Shown here: positions 38,367 through 47,937 of the stretch, in pieces | Layout of the letters: each line of letters opens with the position of its first letter | Numbering within the stretch: the first letter of the stretch is position 1 | Origin: an uncultured Gammaproteobacteria bacterium | GTDB taxonomy: Bacteria > Patescibacteriota > Microgenomatia > 0-14-0-10-38-17 | NCBI GenBank assembly: GCA_964348895.1 | Contig: CAYGEH010000001.1 | Location: 546,254-610,253 of the forward strand | DNA length: 64,000 nt | Reading direction: 5' to 3' | Made by a program: the position numbers and the translations under genes | Notes under the pieces: model-generated | The model's database searches: none | Told to the model about the DNA's origin: nothing | The model's input: the letters and a program-made list of their open reading frames with translations, nothing else

Positions 38367-39551
38367 ATGAAAAAACGAATTTATTTTGACTATGCTGCCA
38401 CTACTCCAGTTGACGAACGAGTTTTGGTTGCGATGCTCCCCTATTTTAAAGAAAAGTTTGCCAATTCTGTTTCTCTGCATCAGTTTGGTCAGGAGACTTC
38501 TAGAGCGGTTGATTTAGCTCGAAAAACATTGGCGGGGTTTTTGGGAGCAAAAAAACAAGAACTTATTTTTACTTCTTCAGCGACTGAAAGCAATAACCTG
38601 GCTTTTAAGGGGCTGGCTTGGGCCAATCGGAACAAAAAACATCTTTTGGTTTCTTCAATTGAGCACGACTGTGTTTTGGAAAGCGCTAAATGGCTTTTGG
38701 ATCAGGGTTATTTAGTAGAGAGAATTCCAGTTGACGAGACTGGTTTGATTAGCCCTAGTCAAGTGGCCAAAATGATTCGGTCTGACACCTTGCTGGTTTC
38801 AGTGATTCATGCCAGCAACGAAGTCGGGACAATTGAGCCGATTGAAAAAATTGGTCAAGTTTGTCGTGAAAAAGGAACCCTGTTCCATACTGACGCCGCC
38901 CAAAGTTTTAGCAAAATACCAATTGATGTTAACAAAATGAGAATTGATTTATTGACGGCCTCGTCTCACAAAATTTATGGGCCAAAGGGAGCGGCCCTGC
39001 TTTATCTTCGTTCTGGAATTAACCTTACTCCCCTCCTCCATGGCGGTGGTCATGAGGGCACTCTTCGCTCCTCAACGGTTAATGTGCCAGTCTTAGTTGG
39101 TTTTGCCACCGCCGCCCAAATTGCCCATCAAGAAATGAAAGAAGAAAATAAGCGATTAGTCGCCATTCGTGATCGAATCATTCGTGTCGTTCTTGACAAA
39201 ATTCCCAACTCCTATCTTAACGGTCATCAGCAAAAAAGACTGGCAAACAATGTTAATTTGCGTTTTGCTGGTATTGAAGGCGAAGCAATTTTAATGAAAC
39301 TGGATGCTTTAGGGATTGCTGTCTCTACTGGTTCGGCCTGTGCCTCGGTTGGTTTATCTGGAGAGTTAGGCAGTTTTGCCGATATGGCCCCCTCTCATGT
39401 TTTATTGGCTCTAGGCTTAACTCACGAACAAGCTCATGGTTCAATCAGAATTTCCCTGGGGAGATTAACAACAGAAGAAGAAGTGGACTATTTATTAGAA
39501 GTATTGCCAAAAGTTATCGCCGATTTGCGTCGCCTCTCCCCTTTGAGTTAA
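38367..39551 (+). CDS. iscS: Cysteine desulfurase (IscS/NifS family)
   Basis: PLP-lysine motif SSHKIYGPKG and active-site Cys loop STGSACAS. Confidence 0.85.
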   Translation: MKKRIYFDYAATTPVDERVLVAMLPYFKEKFANSVSLHQFGQETSRAVDLARKTLAGFLGAKKQELIFTSSATESNNLAFKGLAWANRNKKHLLVSSIEHDCVLESAKWLLDQGYLVERIPVDETGLISPSQVAKMIRSDTLLVSVIHASNEVGTIEPIEKIGQVCREKGTLFHTDAAQSFSKIPIDVNKMRIDLLTASSHKIYGPKGAALLYLRSGINLTPLLHGGGHEGTLRSSTVNVPVLVGFATAAQIAHQEMKEENKRLVAIRDRIIRVVLDKIPNSYLNGHQQKRLANNVNLRFAGIEGEAILMKLDALGIAVSTGSACASVGLSGELGSFADMAPSHVLLALGLTHEQAHGSIRISLGRLTTEEEVDYLLEVLPKVIADLRRLSPLS

Positions 39552-39586
39552 AATTAACAACAAGAATTAAAAAGCTTTTATTCTAA

Positions 39587-40087
39587 ATGTCTTATTCTAA
39601 ACAAGTAATCAGCCATTTCCAAAACCCGAAAAACTTTGGCAAGATAGTCAATCCCTCTGCTGTCGGCAAGGTGGGTAACCCTGTTTGTGGTGATTTAATG
39701 CATCTTTATATAAAAGTGGAAAAGAATAGCCAGAAAGAAGAATTTTTGGCTGATATTAAATTTCAAACCTTTGGTTGTGTAGCCGCTTTGGCTACTAGTT
39801 CGGCGATTACCGAAATGGCCAAGGGTAAAACCCTAAAAGAAGCCATCAGTATTAATAGCAAACAACTGGTTGACTCTTTAGGGCAACTGCCACCAGTAAA
39901 AATGCACTGCTCTGTTTTGGCGGCCAACGCCCTCCATGAAGCAATTTATAACTATTTTAAAAAAACTAATCAAGACATTCCTGAATTTTTAGAGAAAATT
40001 CATCAGCGACTAGAAAAAGAGCGAGAACTGATTAAGGAGAAATTTAAAGACTGGGTGGGGCAAGAAGAAAAACAACTAGAAGAATAG
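39587..40087 (+). CDS. iscU: Fe-S cluster assembly scaffold (IscU/NifU N-domain)
   Basis: Three conserved Cys motifs (NPVCGD, FGCVAA, MHCSVLA) and LPPVK. Confidence 0.85.
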   Translation: MSYSKQVISHFQNPKNFGKIVNPSAVGKVGNPVCGDLMHLYIKVEKNSQKEEFLADIKFQTFGCVAALATSSAITEMAKGKTLKEAISINSKQLVDSLGQLPPVKMHCSVLAANALHEAIYNYFKKTNQDIPEFLEKIHQRLEKERELIKEKFKDWVGQEEKQLEE

Positions 40088-40266
40088 CTTCTTTTTTTAG
40101 TGCATGTATCGATTTTCCAATTGGAATTTCTTCCGTGAAAAAGATCGAAATTGCTTCCAAAAAGATTTTAAAGAAGCAAATTTTAATTGCCGAAGACAAT
40201 CACAACTCTTGTTTTATCAAAAATCATCGACAAGTCATAGTGTTGGCTGGCTTATTCTAAGAGAGC

Positions 40267-40887
40267 CTATCTTCTGTTGTTTGTCCAAATGTTTTCCCAC
40301 CACTCACTTGGTTTTTGTAAATAAGCCTCATTAGCTAAATTCTTAGCTGATCGAGTAAACATCATTTTTTCTTGTTCCTTTCCTTTGAGCCAATCTTCAG
40401 CTTCTTTATTTCCTTGCCAAGCATATTCTTTTAATATTAAAATCTGGTCGAGCAGGTCGGCATCTTTCGCAATCTTAGCTTCAAGCGTTTTTCGTTCTTT
40501 ATATTCTCTGCTCAAGGTCAATAAATCATTTGATAATGGCAAACCTTTTAGTTGTTCTTCTCGAATCTCCTCTTCAAAAACCTTGACATATCTTTTGTGA
40601 ATCCAGTTTTGGTCTCCCGCTCGAGACTCTTCAATATCATGAAATAAACACATCATAACAACCTTATTGAAGTCAGCTTTTTCCATTTTTGCCAAAGCCC
40701 ACCCGATAAAAGCAACCCGAAAGGAGTGGGAAGATATATTGTCAGATAAATCATCAGTCAAGAGAGTCTGTCTGTGGGAGCGGGCAACCTTTCGAAGTGT
40801 GCCTATCTCAAAGAAAAAGGAGATTAGGCTTTTAGTTTTATTCTTGGAATTTCTCATAATTATTTTGCCTACAATTCTTGATAACAT
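40267..40887 (-). CDS. HD-domain phosphohydrolase (YfbR-like)
   Basis: HD motif LFHDIEESRAGD. The true start may be the downstream Met (MRNSKNK). Confidence 0.65.
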   Translation of the reverse strand: MLSRIVGKIIMRNSKNKTKSLISFFFEIGTLRKVARSHRQTLLTDDLSDNISSHSFRVAFIGWALAKMEKADFNKVVMMCLFHDIEESRAGDQNWIHKRYVKVFEEEIREEQLKGLPLSNDLLTLSREYKERKTLEAKIAKDADLLDQILILKEYAWQGNKEAEDWLKGKEQEKMMFTRSAKNLANEAYLQKPSEWWENIWTNNRR

Positions 40888-40894
40888 ACATTAT

Positions 40895-41752
40895 ATGTGG
40901 ATATGGTTATCTCTTGCAAGTGTGGTCGGCTGGTCGTTTGGCTCAATTTTTTTAAAGCCAGCCTATAAAGTTTTATCCTCACCAGCTATTTATTTTTTAA
41001 ATGGAATCTTTTTTCTCCTTTTTTGGGTTTTTTATGCGGGTATCACTGGGTTTGATTTCAATGTCTCTAATAAAGCCTTTCTTCTACTGCCTGTTTTACC
41101 ACCGATAGCTTTTATTACCTTCCTCTTCGCTATCAAAAAAGGGAAGGTGAGCATGGCCTCTGCTGTAAGCTCAACCTCTCCTTTTGTTAGCACCAGCTTG
41201 GCTTGGTTATTTCTTGGAGAAAGAATTAACGCGCTTCAAATGATAATGATCGGAACAGGCGTTATTATACTTGCCACCCTGTGGTTAATAGAAAAAAACA
41301 ATCGTTATCAAAACATAAGGGAAATAAATAAATTAGAAGGATTTTATTGGGGACTAGTAGCGGCAATCTCTTTCGGCGTAGCCAATACGGCAAGTAAATT
41401 CGTGATAGATCAAACTGGTATTGTTAATTTTTCTATAGTAAATGGGTTATGGATGATTTTTTTAGGTTTTATTTGGCTGGTTTTGTCTGGCAACATAAAA
41501 AAATGGTCTGGCTTGAAAACCAAAGAAGGTAGAAGCGGTTTAGTGGGAGCAATAATCTACAGCTTAGGGAGTTTTCTATTTTTCTACGCACTCCAAAGAG
41601 GTTTAGTTTCTTTGGTAATTCCAGTTACAAACATGACTGCTCCGCTTACGCTAATTTTAGCAACAATTTTTTTGAAAGAAAGAATCACACCAGCACAGAG
41701 GTTTTTAATTGGCTTAGTTTTTGTTACAACAACGATTTTAATCATCTCCTAG
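40895..41752 (+). CDS. EamA/DMT-family transporter
   Basis: Ten predicted TM helices in two EamA repeats. The start was reset to MWIWLSLA to remove overlap with the HD gene. Confidence 0.65.
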   Translation: MWIWLSLASVVGWSFGSIFLKPAYKVLSSPAIYFLNGIFFLLFWVFYAGITGFDFNVSNKAFLLLPVLPPIAFITFLFAIKKGKVSMASAVSSTSPFVSTSLAWLFLGERINALQMIMIGTGVIILATLWLIEKNNRYQNIREINKLEGFYWGLVAAISFGVANTASKFVIDQTGIVNFSIVNGLWMIFLGFIWLVLSGNIKKWSGLKTKEGRSGLVGAIIYSLGSFLFFYALQRGLVSLVIPVTNMTAPLTLILATIFLKERITPAQRFLIGLVFVTTTILIIS

Positions 41753-41922
41753 AAAACTGCATGCTTTTATTTTGGTTGTCTTGTTGGTTGCGAAATTTTT
41801 TTGTGTGTAAAAATGGAGACGGTTGTGGTGTGTGATCCCTTTTCCCCTAAGTCTTTTTTTTCTTACCGCAACAACCAACCCCTGTTTAGTTGTGGAGTAT
41901 GCTTTTGGGTTCGCCCGAACCT

Positions 41923-41948
41923 ATTTTATCAAAAGTTTCTGAAGAATC
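41923..41948 (+). terminator. Possible Rho-independent terminator
   Basis: GC-rich hairpin GGGTTCG-CC-CGAACC followed by TATTTTATC. Confidence 0.3.
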
Positions 41949-42036
41949 CATTCGTTTTGTTTCACCGCTTTGTGATAACCAATGGCAGAGTGTATCGTCA
42001 ACCAAATGCTTAGTAAAAAATCCGAAAGTTTAACCT

Positions 42037-42111
42037 TGGAGCGGCGGACCGGACTTGAACCGGCGACCTTCTCCTTGGAAGGGAGACATTCTACCACTGA
42101 ACTACCGCCGC
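42037..42111 (-). tRNA. tRNA-Gly (anticodon TCC), CCA encoded
   Basis: Reverse complement GCGGCGGTAGTTCAGTGGTAGAATGTCTCCCTTCCAAGGAGAAGGTCGCCGGTTCAAGTCCGGTCCGCCGCTCCA. Confidence 0.85.
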
Positions 42112-42310
42112 AAATAATCGCTTTTTATTATAACAGAGAGATAAAATTTTTAACAAAAAAAGCCTCTAAAAAAACAAACCCAAAAATAAAAAATCCTCTT
42201 GTTTTTTTGGGCTCCGCAAAACTAGGCTTTCATAGCCCTAAAATTAGTCGAACAAAATCTACCTTGAAAAAATAAGAGCAAATCCCTTATTGCTCTCTAG
42301 GCCTAGTTTC

Positions 42311-43177
42311 TTAGTTTTGGTTATTTCTTCTTGGCGGAACTTCCCCTGGGTCTTCTTCAACAAGATTTAACTCAACCCCCTGCCCTTCTTCTTCCTGTAA
42401 GGATGGATCAGTGATTGGAACCCCTTGTCGCTGAAGTCGATTAATTTTATCTTCAATCACTGGTCGTCTTTCCTCAATTCTTCTTAAAATTTCTCCGACT
42501 CTTTCTTCGGTTGTTTCTTGAGAGATCGCCTCTAGGGCTCGTTCGTGACCGCGCAGACTGTTTTCCATCGCCTGTCTAATCGCCTCTTTGGCTTGTTCTG
42601 GAACTTGATTATAAACCCGAGACAAAACCATTTGGTGTCTTAGAGTTTTTTCGGCGATTTTAACCATTGCCTCGTCGGTATTTTGACCATCTTCTTTAGC
42701 TCTTTCAAGAAGAACAAGAGCGCGAGCGAATCGTTTTTGATAGCGATTCATCATCTTTTCCGCCCTTTCGGTTTCACCCTGAGCCAGCAAAAGCTCGGCT
42801 TCTGCCAGCCTTCTTTCCGCCAAAAACATTTGTCGGCTGACTCGATTAATTTGACCAAAAGTAAAAAAAGTCCCAATATTTTCTGATAGAGTTTTCAAGA
42901 AATATAAGGGATGGTTAGGGAGTAGACCGGGATCAGCCAATTCTTCTTCTACTTGATAAATGTCAAATAGGCTAATCGACTCTTCTTCTACTGGAAGAGA
43001 TTCTTCGGGGGCGATCAGATCTTCTTCTGTTTGAACCTCTTCTTCAGGGTTAACCAAAAGATCAACTGGTTCTTCCCCAGTTTGAGCATTAACTAGCCGA
43101 CCAAAAAAGAGAAAGAATGCTATTAACCCGAAAGTTAATAAATATTTCTTCATTATTTTCACCTCCCCTTTTATCAA
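42311..43177 (-). CDS. Secreted hypothetical protein (coiled-coil, E/R-rich)
   Basis: Signal peptide followed by a long helical, charged region. Confidence 0.4.
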   Translation of the reverse strand: MIKGEVKIMKKYLLTFGLIAFFLFFGRLVNAQTGEEPVDLLVNPEEEVQTEEDLIAPEESLPVEEESISLFDIYQVEEELADPGLLPNHPLYFLKTLSENIGTFFTFGQINRVSRQMFLAERRLAEAELLLAQGETERAEKMMNRYQKRFARALVLLERAKEDGQNTDEAMVKIAEKTLRHQMVLSRVYNQVPEQAKEAIRQAMENSLRGHERALEAISQETTEERVGEILRRIEERRPVIEDKINRLQRQGVPITDPSLQEEEGQGVELNLVEEDPGEVPPRRNNQN

Positions 43178-43227
43178 GATAAGCTTATTTTGACACTTTT
43201 ACTTTGACAAGTCAAAGATTAACTTAG

Positions 43228-43300
43228 TCGGGGATGTGGGACTTGAACCCACGACCTCGCGCTCCCAAAGCGCGCGCGCTAGCCTCTGCGCCAATCCCCG
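43228..43300 (-). tRNA. tRNA-Pro (anticodon TGG)
   Basis: Reverse complement CGGGGATTGGCGCAGAGGCTAGCGCGCGCGCTTTGGGAGCGCGAGGTCGTGGGTTCAAGTCCCACATCCCCGA. Confidence 0.85.
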
Positions 43301-43430
43301 ATTTTGTTTATTTATATAAATGCGATTTGTTGTTTTTTCTAGATAATCGCTTTAGCCCATCTTGAGCTTTATTTTCTATTCTTCTTGCAGGGCAACCTAA
43401 TTTTAGCATATTTACCCTGTTTTTAACGGC

Positions 43431-44294
43431 TTATTCTTTAACGTTTTTCAAAAGCAAAACCGAAGAAAAAAGAGCTAAAACAAAGAGAATTAACGAAACA
43501 AAAATAGAGAGCAATACATTATAATAAAGCAATCCCAAAACAACAAACCTGGCAGCTAGGGCAAGGGTTATTAGTGATAGAAAAATAGCGCAAATTGATC
43601 CCAGTAAAAACCCCAAGGGCTGCTGTTTAATTAATAGCCAACCAACAAGTATCGTTAAAGGAAGAATGAGGGCCAAGCCTAGTCCTTCGATTGTCAAAGT
43701 GGTGTAGTGTGCTAATTGGGGTGGAAAAACTGAACCACCAACTAGAGGGGGGAAAATGGTTCTTAGCCAGATTCCGCCTAAAACTAAGGCGATAATGATT
43801 AGGAAAACTCCTGTCAGCTTGCTTGGTGTTTGAGGAGAAAAATTTTTAGGCAAACCATTAAAGTTAAAAGAAAACAAAACCAAAACAAGAGCAAAGAAAG
43901 AAGCCGACAACAAGAAAATATAAGCTAAAAATAAGGGGTTGTACATTACTGCTGTCAAATAAAAAAGATAGGTTGTTAAAAAATAACCCAAAGCTCCGGC
44001 AAGTAGAATCTTCCCCTTAAAAGAACCCTGATTGGCCAAAAATAAGGCTACCGCCAAAAAAGGAACGGCGACTAAAAAAGTAGCATAGTCTTGAGCAATA
44101 TTTTGCGGTCCGATTTTGGCTGACATCTGCTGATAAATTCCCTTGCCGTAAATAGTTACCTCTTGTCCCCGAATGGATTGGTGCTGATAATGATCAGGCA
44201 AGCCCCTGTCTGGTTTCATTCCTAGACCGGCTGTCAACAAAACTAGGGGAATAATAAAGAAGACCAAGGCGTTGATGATTTTTTTGTTTTTCAT
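43431..44294 (-). CDS. Polytopic membrane protein, function unknown
   Basis: Seven to eight hydrophobic helices; no motif. Confidence 0.4.
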   Translation of the reverse strand: MKNKKIINALVFFIIPLVLLTAGLGMKPDRGLPDHYQHQSIRGQEVTIYGKGIYQQMSAKIGPQNIAQDYATFLVAVPFLAVALFLANQGSFKGKILLAGALGYFLTTYLFYLTAVMYNPLFLAYIFLLSASFFALVLVLFSFNFNGLPKNFSPQTPSKLTGVFLIIIALVLGGIWLRTIFPPLVGGSVFPPQLAHYTTLTIEGLGLALILPLTILVGWLLIKQQPLGFLLGSICAIFLSLITLALAARFVVLGLLYYNVLLSIFVSLILFVLALFSSVLLLKNVKE

Positions 44295-44414
44295 TTTCTA
44301 TATTGTTATTTTAGCAAGTTTTTAAAAAGCAAAAAATCTGCCTTTTTTATTTTAAAGATAATGATTTTTGCCGTCATAAAGTGTATAATTTTGCCTTAGA
44401 CAGATATTTTTGTC

Positions 44415-44443
44415 TTGACAATATTTTTAGACAAGAGTAATAT
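44415..44443 (+). promoter_or_regulatory. Sigma70-like promoter (TTGACA-17-TAATAT)
   Basis: Lies in the 380-nt divergent intergenic region upstream of the thioredoxin/CcdA gene. Confidence 0.35.
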
Positions 44444-44675
44444 GCTTCTAAACCCCCCTAGGGGGGATATAAATTAAAATCAAATCGAGTCTTAACAAAG
44501 AAATATTTTAGATTAGGTCTGCTTCTTTTGATTGCTTCAAGCCTAATTTGAAACAAGACAAATATTTGTTCAATTCAAAGTCTTCATTTTGTGTGCACAA
44601 AGTGAGGTTTTAAACTAAAAAAAGCAATTGTTTGTAGATAAAAATTTGCAAATTATTTTTTTATTTTGACTGATA

Positions 44676-45887
44676 ATGTTAAAAAAACTTAGTTGGCTGT
44701 TAATTGTTTTTGGGCTTTTTTTGGGCCTGATTCTTCCCTCTTCGGTTCTAGCCCAAAATGACTCTCAGCCCCCAGAGCAAGAAGTGGTCATGTATGTTTT
44801 TTGGGGCGAAGGTTGTCCTCGCTGTGCGGCCCAAAAGCCATTTTTAGATCAATTAGCCCGAAAGTATCCTCAGCTTAGAATTGAAGATTTTGAGGTCTAT
44901 CGCAATCAAAACAACCAAAGACTATTCTCTCGGATAGCCGAAGCTTATGGCACCACTCCCCTTGGTGTGCCGATGATTTTTGTTGGTCAGGATTTTGTGG
45001 TTGGGTTTGGCTCAGAAGAAACTTCAGGAAAACAGATTGAGGATTTAGTCAGGAATTGTTTGACTAACGGTTGTCCTTCGCCAGAGCAGGTTTTGGCGCA
45101 AAGCGGTTTAAGCAAGCCCGAGAGTCCTTCCTTGCCAACTGATCAACCCTCTGCTCAACCACAAACAGAAGAAGACTTTGCGATTAATTTCTTTGGTCGG
45201 CCAATCAATCTTCGCTCTGGCTATCCCCTTTATGCTCTAGGCATAATTTTAGGACTAGTTGATGGAGTTAACCCTTGCATGTTTTCTGTCTTACTCTTTT
45301 TACTAACCTACTTGCTGGCGGTTGGTTCAAGAAAAAAAGCCCTGAAGGTGGGTCTAGCCTTCGTTTTTGGGGTTTTTGTTATTTATTTTCTCTTTATGAT
45401 TGGAATGATTAATTTAATTGGCCTAATTGGCTTTATTCAGCAAATTAAAACCGTTGTCGCTATTTTGGCCCTTGTTGTCGGCGTAATTATGGTTAAAGAT
45501 TTTTTCTTCTACGGTCGCTGGCTTTCTTTGGAAATTCCTTCTCGAGCTAAACCGACAGTGGAGAGATTAATCAAAAAAGGAACTGTCCCTTCGGCCCTGT
45601 TGCTGGCCCTACTCTCTTCATTAGTGGAAATTCCCTGTACTTCGGGAATCCCCCTAGTTTATGTTACTCTTCTGGCTCAAAAGGGCGGAGCTTATTTACC
45701 TTATCTTATTTGGTATAACATTTTCTTTGTTTTGCCTCTTTTGACTATTATTGCCGTGGTCATTTTTGCTTGGGCCAAGGTTGATAAAATTGAAAAATGG
45801 CGACTTAACTTTAGAAAGTATATGCGCCTAGTAGCGGGTTTAATTTTGGTTTTTCTGGGAGTTGCTCTTCTTAGGGGTTGGCTGTAG
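44676..45887 (+). CDS. Thiol:disulfide interchange protein: thioredoxin-like (CPRC) domain fused to CcdA/DsbD-type membrane domain
   Basis: Signal peptide, WGEGCPRC active site, then a six-TM DsbD-like core with conserved Cys. Confidence 0.7.
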   Translation: MLKKLSWLLIVFGLFLGLILPSSVLAQNDSQPPEQEVVMYVFWGEGCPRCAAQKPFLDQLARKYPQLRIEDFEVYRNQNNQRLFSRIAEAYGTTPLGVPMIFVGQDFVVGFGSEETSGKQIEDLVRNCLTNGCPSPEQVLAQSGLSKPESPSLPTDQPSAQPQTEEDFAINFFGRPINLRSGYPLYALGIILGLVDGVNPCMFSVLLFLLTYLLAVGSRKKALKVGLAFVFGVFVIYFLFMIGMINLIGLIGFIQQIKTVVAILALVVGVIMVKDFFFYGRWLSLEIPSRAKPTVERLIKKGTVPSALLLALLSSLVEIPCTSGIPLVYVTLLAQKGGAYLPYLIWYNIFFVLPLLTIIAVVIFAWAKVDKIEKWRLNFRKYMRLVAGLILVFLGVALLRGWL

Positions 45888-45924
45888 TCAAAAAGTTTGT
45901 TTGAGAAAAATTTAATCTTTTCAT

Positions 45925-46668
45925 ATGTCAATTTTAGATAAAATTTTAGGCGGCAACACTCTTTATTATCCTGGCTGTTTGACTAAATTTGTTGCCAAAG
46001 ATTTAGAAGAAAAGTATCAACAAATCTTGCGTCAAAATGGGATTGACTTTATTGTTCTTTCGGAACTGGAACTTTGCTGTGGGTCCCCAGCCCTAAAGGC
46101 AGGCTACTCGGCTGATTTTAAAAAAGTTGCCCAGAAGAATTTAAAAATTTTTAAAGATCATGGGGTTAACAAAATTGTTACCAACTGTCCAGCTTGTTTT
46201 ATGATTCTGACAAAATACTATTCGGAGGTTTTGGGCAAGGACTGGCAAATTGAAGTAAAACACATTAGCCAGCTATTAAGCTTAAAGCTTAAACCTCAAG
46301 ATTTGGACTCGCTATCCAAGGAAGAGAACAAAACCCTAACCTATCATGATTCCTGTCATTTGGGCAGACAAATGGGGGTTTACAGTGAGCCCAGGGCAGT
46401 AATTAAAAGCTTGGGTTATCAGATTAAAGAAATGGAGCTAAACCAAAGAAATAGCTTTTGCTGTGGTGGTGGCGGTGGAGTTCAATCAAATGAGCCAGAA
46501 CTGGCAAATAAAATTGCCCAAGATAGAATTGAACAGGCAAAAAGAACAGGGGCAAAAACCCTCTGTACCGCCTGTCCGCTTTGCTATTTACACTTAAAAG
46601 AAAATGCTAAAGGAATAGAAGTGAAAGAGTTGTCAGAGTTGTTTAATTTTAATCAGGAGAAAAAATGA
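45925..46668 (+). CDS. lutA: (Fe-S) oxidoreductase with two CCG domains (LutA/GlpC-like)
   Basis: CCG motifs (ELELCCGSP...NCPACF, FCCGGGG...CTACPLC). Confidence 0.7.
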   Translation: MSILDKILGGNTLYYPGCLTKFVAKDLEEKYQQILRQNGIDFIVLSELELCCGSPALKAGYSADFKKVAQKNLKIFKDHGVNKIVTNCPACFMILTKYYSEVLGKDWQIEVKHISQLLSLKLKPQDLDSLSKEENKTLTYHDSCHLGRQMGVYSEPRAVIKSLGYQIKEMELNQRNSFCCGGGGGVQSNEPELANKIAQDRIEQAKRTGAKTLCTACPLCYLHLKENAKGIEVKELSELFNFNQEKK

Positions 46669-47933
46669 CGATCAACAAGCAATCTTTTTGGAATGAGGAA
46701 ACAAAGGCTGGGCTGTGGCGAATAGTTTTAGAATATCAAACCAAGCGAGCTGGGGCTCTTGAAAAAAGCAACCTAGAAGAAGAGGGTTTTCGGGAAGAAA
46801 TTTACAAAATTAAAAATCAAGCTCTAGCCCAAATTAATCAATTAAAAAAGCAGGCTATCGCTAATCTGGAGGCAAATGGAATTAGGGTTTTTGAAGCGAA
46901 AGACGCTAATCAGGCTCGAAAAATTATTGAAGAGCTATTACAGGGAAAGAAAAGAATAATTAAGACAAAATCTAACACTTTCGGCGAAATTGACAAAAAA
47001 GGCTTTTTGTCTAACAAGGAATTATGGGAAACAGATTTGGGTGATTTTGTTGTTTCTTTACTTGGCGAGCCAGAAGTTCATCCAGTTTTGCCAGCGCTTC
47101 ACCTTTCTCCAAAAAAAATTGCTCAAACAATTGAGAAAAAATATCAAACAAAAATTGCCCCAACTGCCGAGGGTATTGCCAGTTTTTGTCGTGATCATTT
47201 ACGAGAAAGAATTAGTTTAGCTCAAGCCGGTATTACTGGAGCCAATGCAATTACTGCTGACGGTAAAATTGTTATTTTAGAAAATGAAGGCAACATTTCC
47301 CTAGCCTCTCGCCTCCCCCAAACCCACATTGTTGTCGCTGGATTTGAAAAAATTGTTCCTTCTTTAAAAGAAGCCCTGATGACTGTTCAGGCCTCAGCTA
47401 TTTGGGGAACTGGGCAAGATTGGCCAGCCTATGTTTCTTTAATTGCCAGTCCATCTAAAACAGCCGATATTGCTAACGAAACAATTATCGGTGCTCAAGG
47501 AGCCAAAGAGGTAAATTTAATCTTATTAGACAATGGGCGAAGTCGTCTAATTGAGGCTGGTTTCTTCGAGCTGTTATTTTGTTTAAACTGTGGTGCTTGT
47601 CTTAACTTTTGCCCAGTTTACCATCAAATCGGCTCTTGCTATGGTGATAAATATTTGGGTTCTCGAGGAGTGATTTTTGCCGCTTTTTCGGAAGGTTTTA
47701 AAAAAGCAAAATCTGCTAATTGTTTTGCCTGCACTCTTTGTTCGGCTTGTTTAGAAAACTGCCCAGCCAAAATTGATTTACCAGAGTTAATGAGAAGGTT
47801 AAGAAACTTTTTAACCAAAGAGGGGTTGCAAACCAAAGAAAACGAAAAAATGATTGCCAATCTTCGTAAATTTGGTAATCCTTTTGGCAAAATTGAAGCT
47901 GGAAAGATTCCCAAAGAGCTTTATTGTTGCTAA
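46665..47933 (+). CDS. lutB: LutB-like iron-sulfur protein (LUD/DUF162 domain plus 2x[4Fe-4S])
   Basis: CLNCGACLNFCP and CFACTLCSACLENCP motifs, with an N-terminal LUD-like domain. 4-nt overlap with lutA. Confidence 0.7.
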   Translation: MTINKQSFWNEETKAGLWRIVLEYQTKRAGALEKSNLEEEGFREEIYKIKNQALAQINQLKKQAIANLEANGIRVFEAKDANQARKIIEELLQGKKRIIKTKSNTFGEIDKKGFLSNKELWETDLGDFVVSLLGEPEVHPVLPALHLSPKKIAQTIEKKYQTKIAPTAEGIASFCRDHLRERISLAQAGITGANAITADGKIVILENEGNISLASRLPQTHIVVAGFEKIVPSLKEALMTVQASAIWGTGQDWPAYVSLIASPSKTADIANETIIGAQGAKEVNLILLDNGRSRLIEAGFFELLFCLNCGACLNFCPVYHQIGSCYGDKYLGSRGVIFAAFSEGFKKAKSANCFACTLCSACLENCPAKIDLPELMRRLRNFLTKEGLQTKENEKMIANLRKFGNPFGKIEAGKIPKELYCC

Positions 47934-47937
47934 CAAG

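Noticed and set aside
38264-38480. Extended N-terminus of the RNHCP ORF, plus the 38286..38480 64-aa ORF
   Set aside because: Low-complexity, AT-rich translations in the divergent iscS promoter region. The conserved RNHCP domain starts later.
40667-40894. Upstream 76 codons of the EamA transporter ORF
   Set aside because: They overlap the HD-domain gene on the opposite strand. The hydrophobic transporter sequence begins at MWIWLSLA.
41982-42275. 97-aa plus-strand ORF
   Set aside because: It overlaps the tRNA-Gly(TCC) gene on the opposite strand; the translation contains the revcomp-tRNA-derived peptide motif RTGLEPATFSLEGRHSTTELPPQ.
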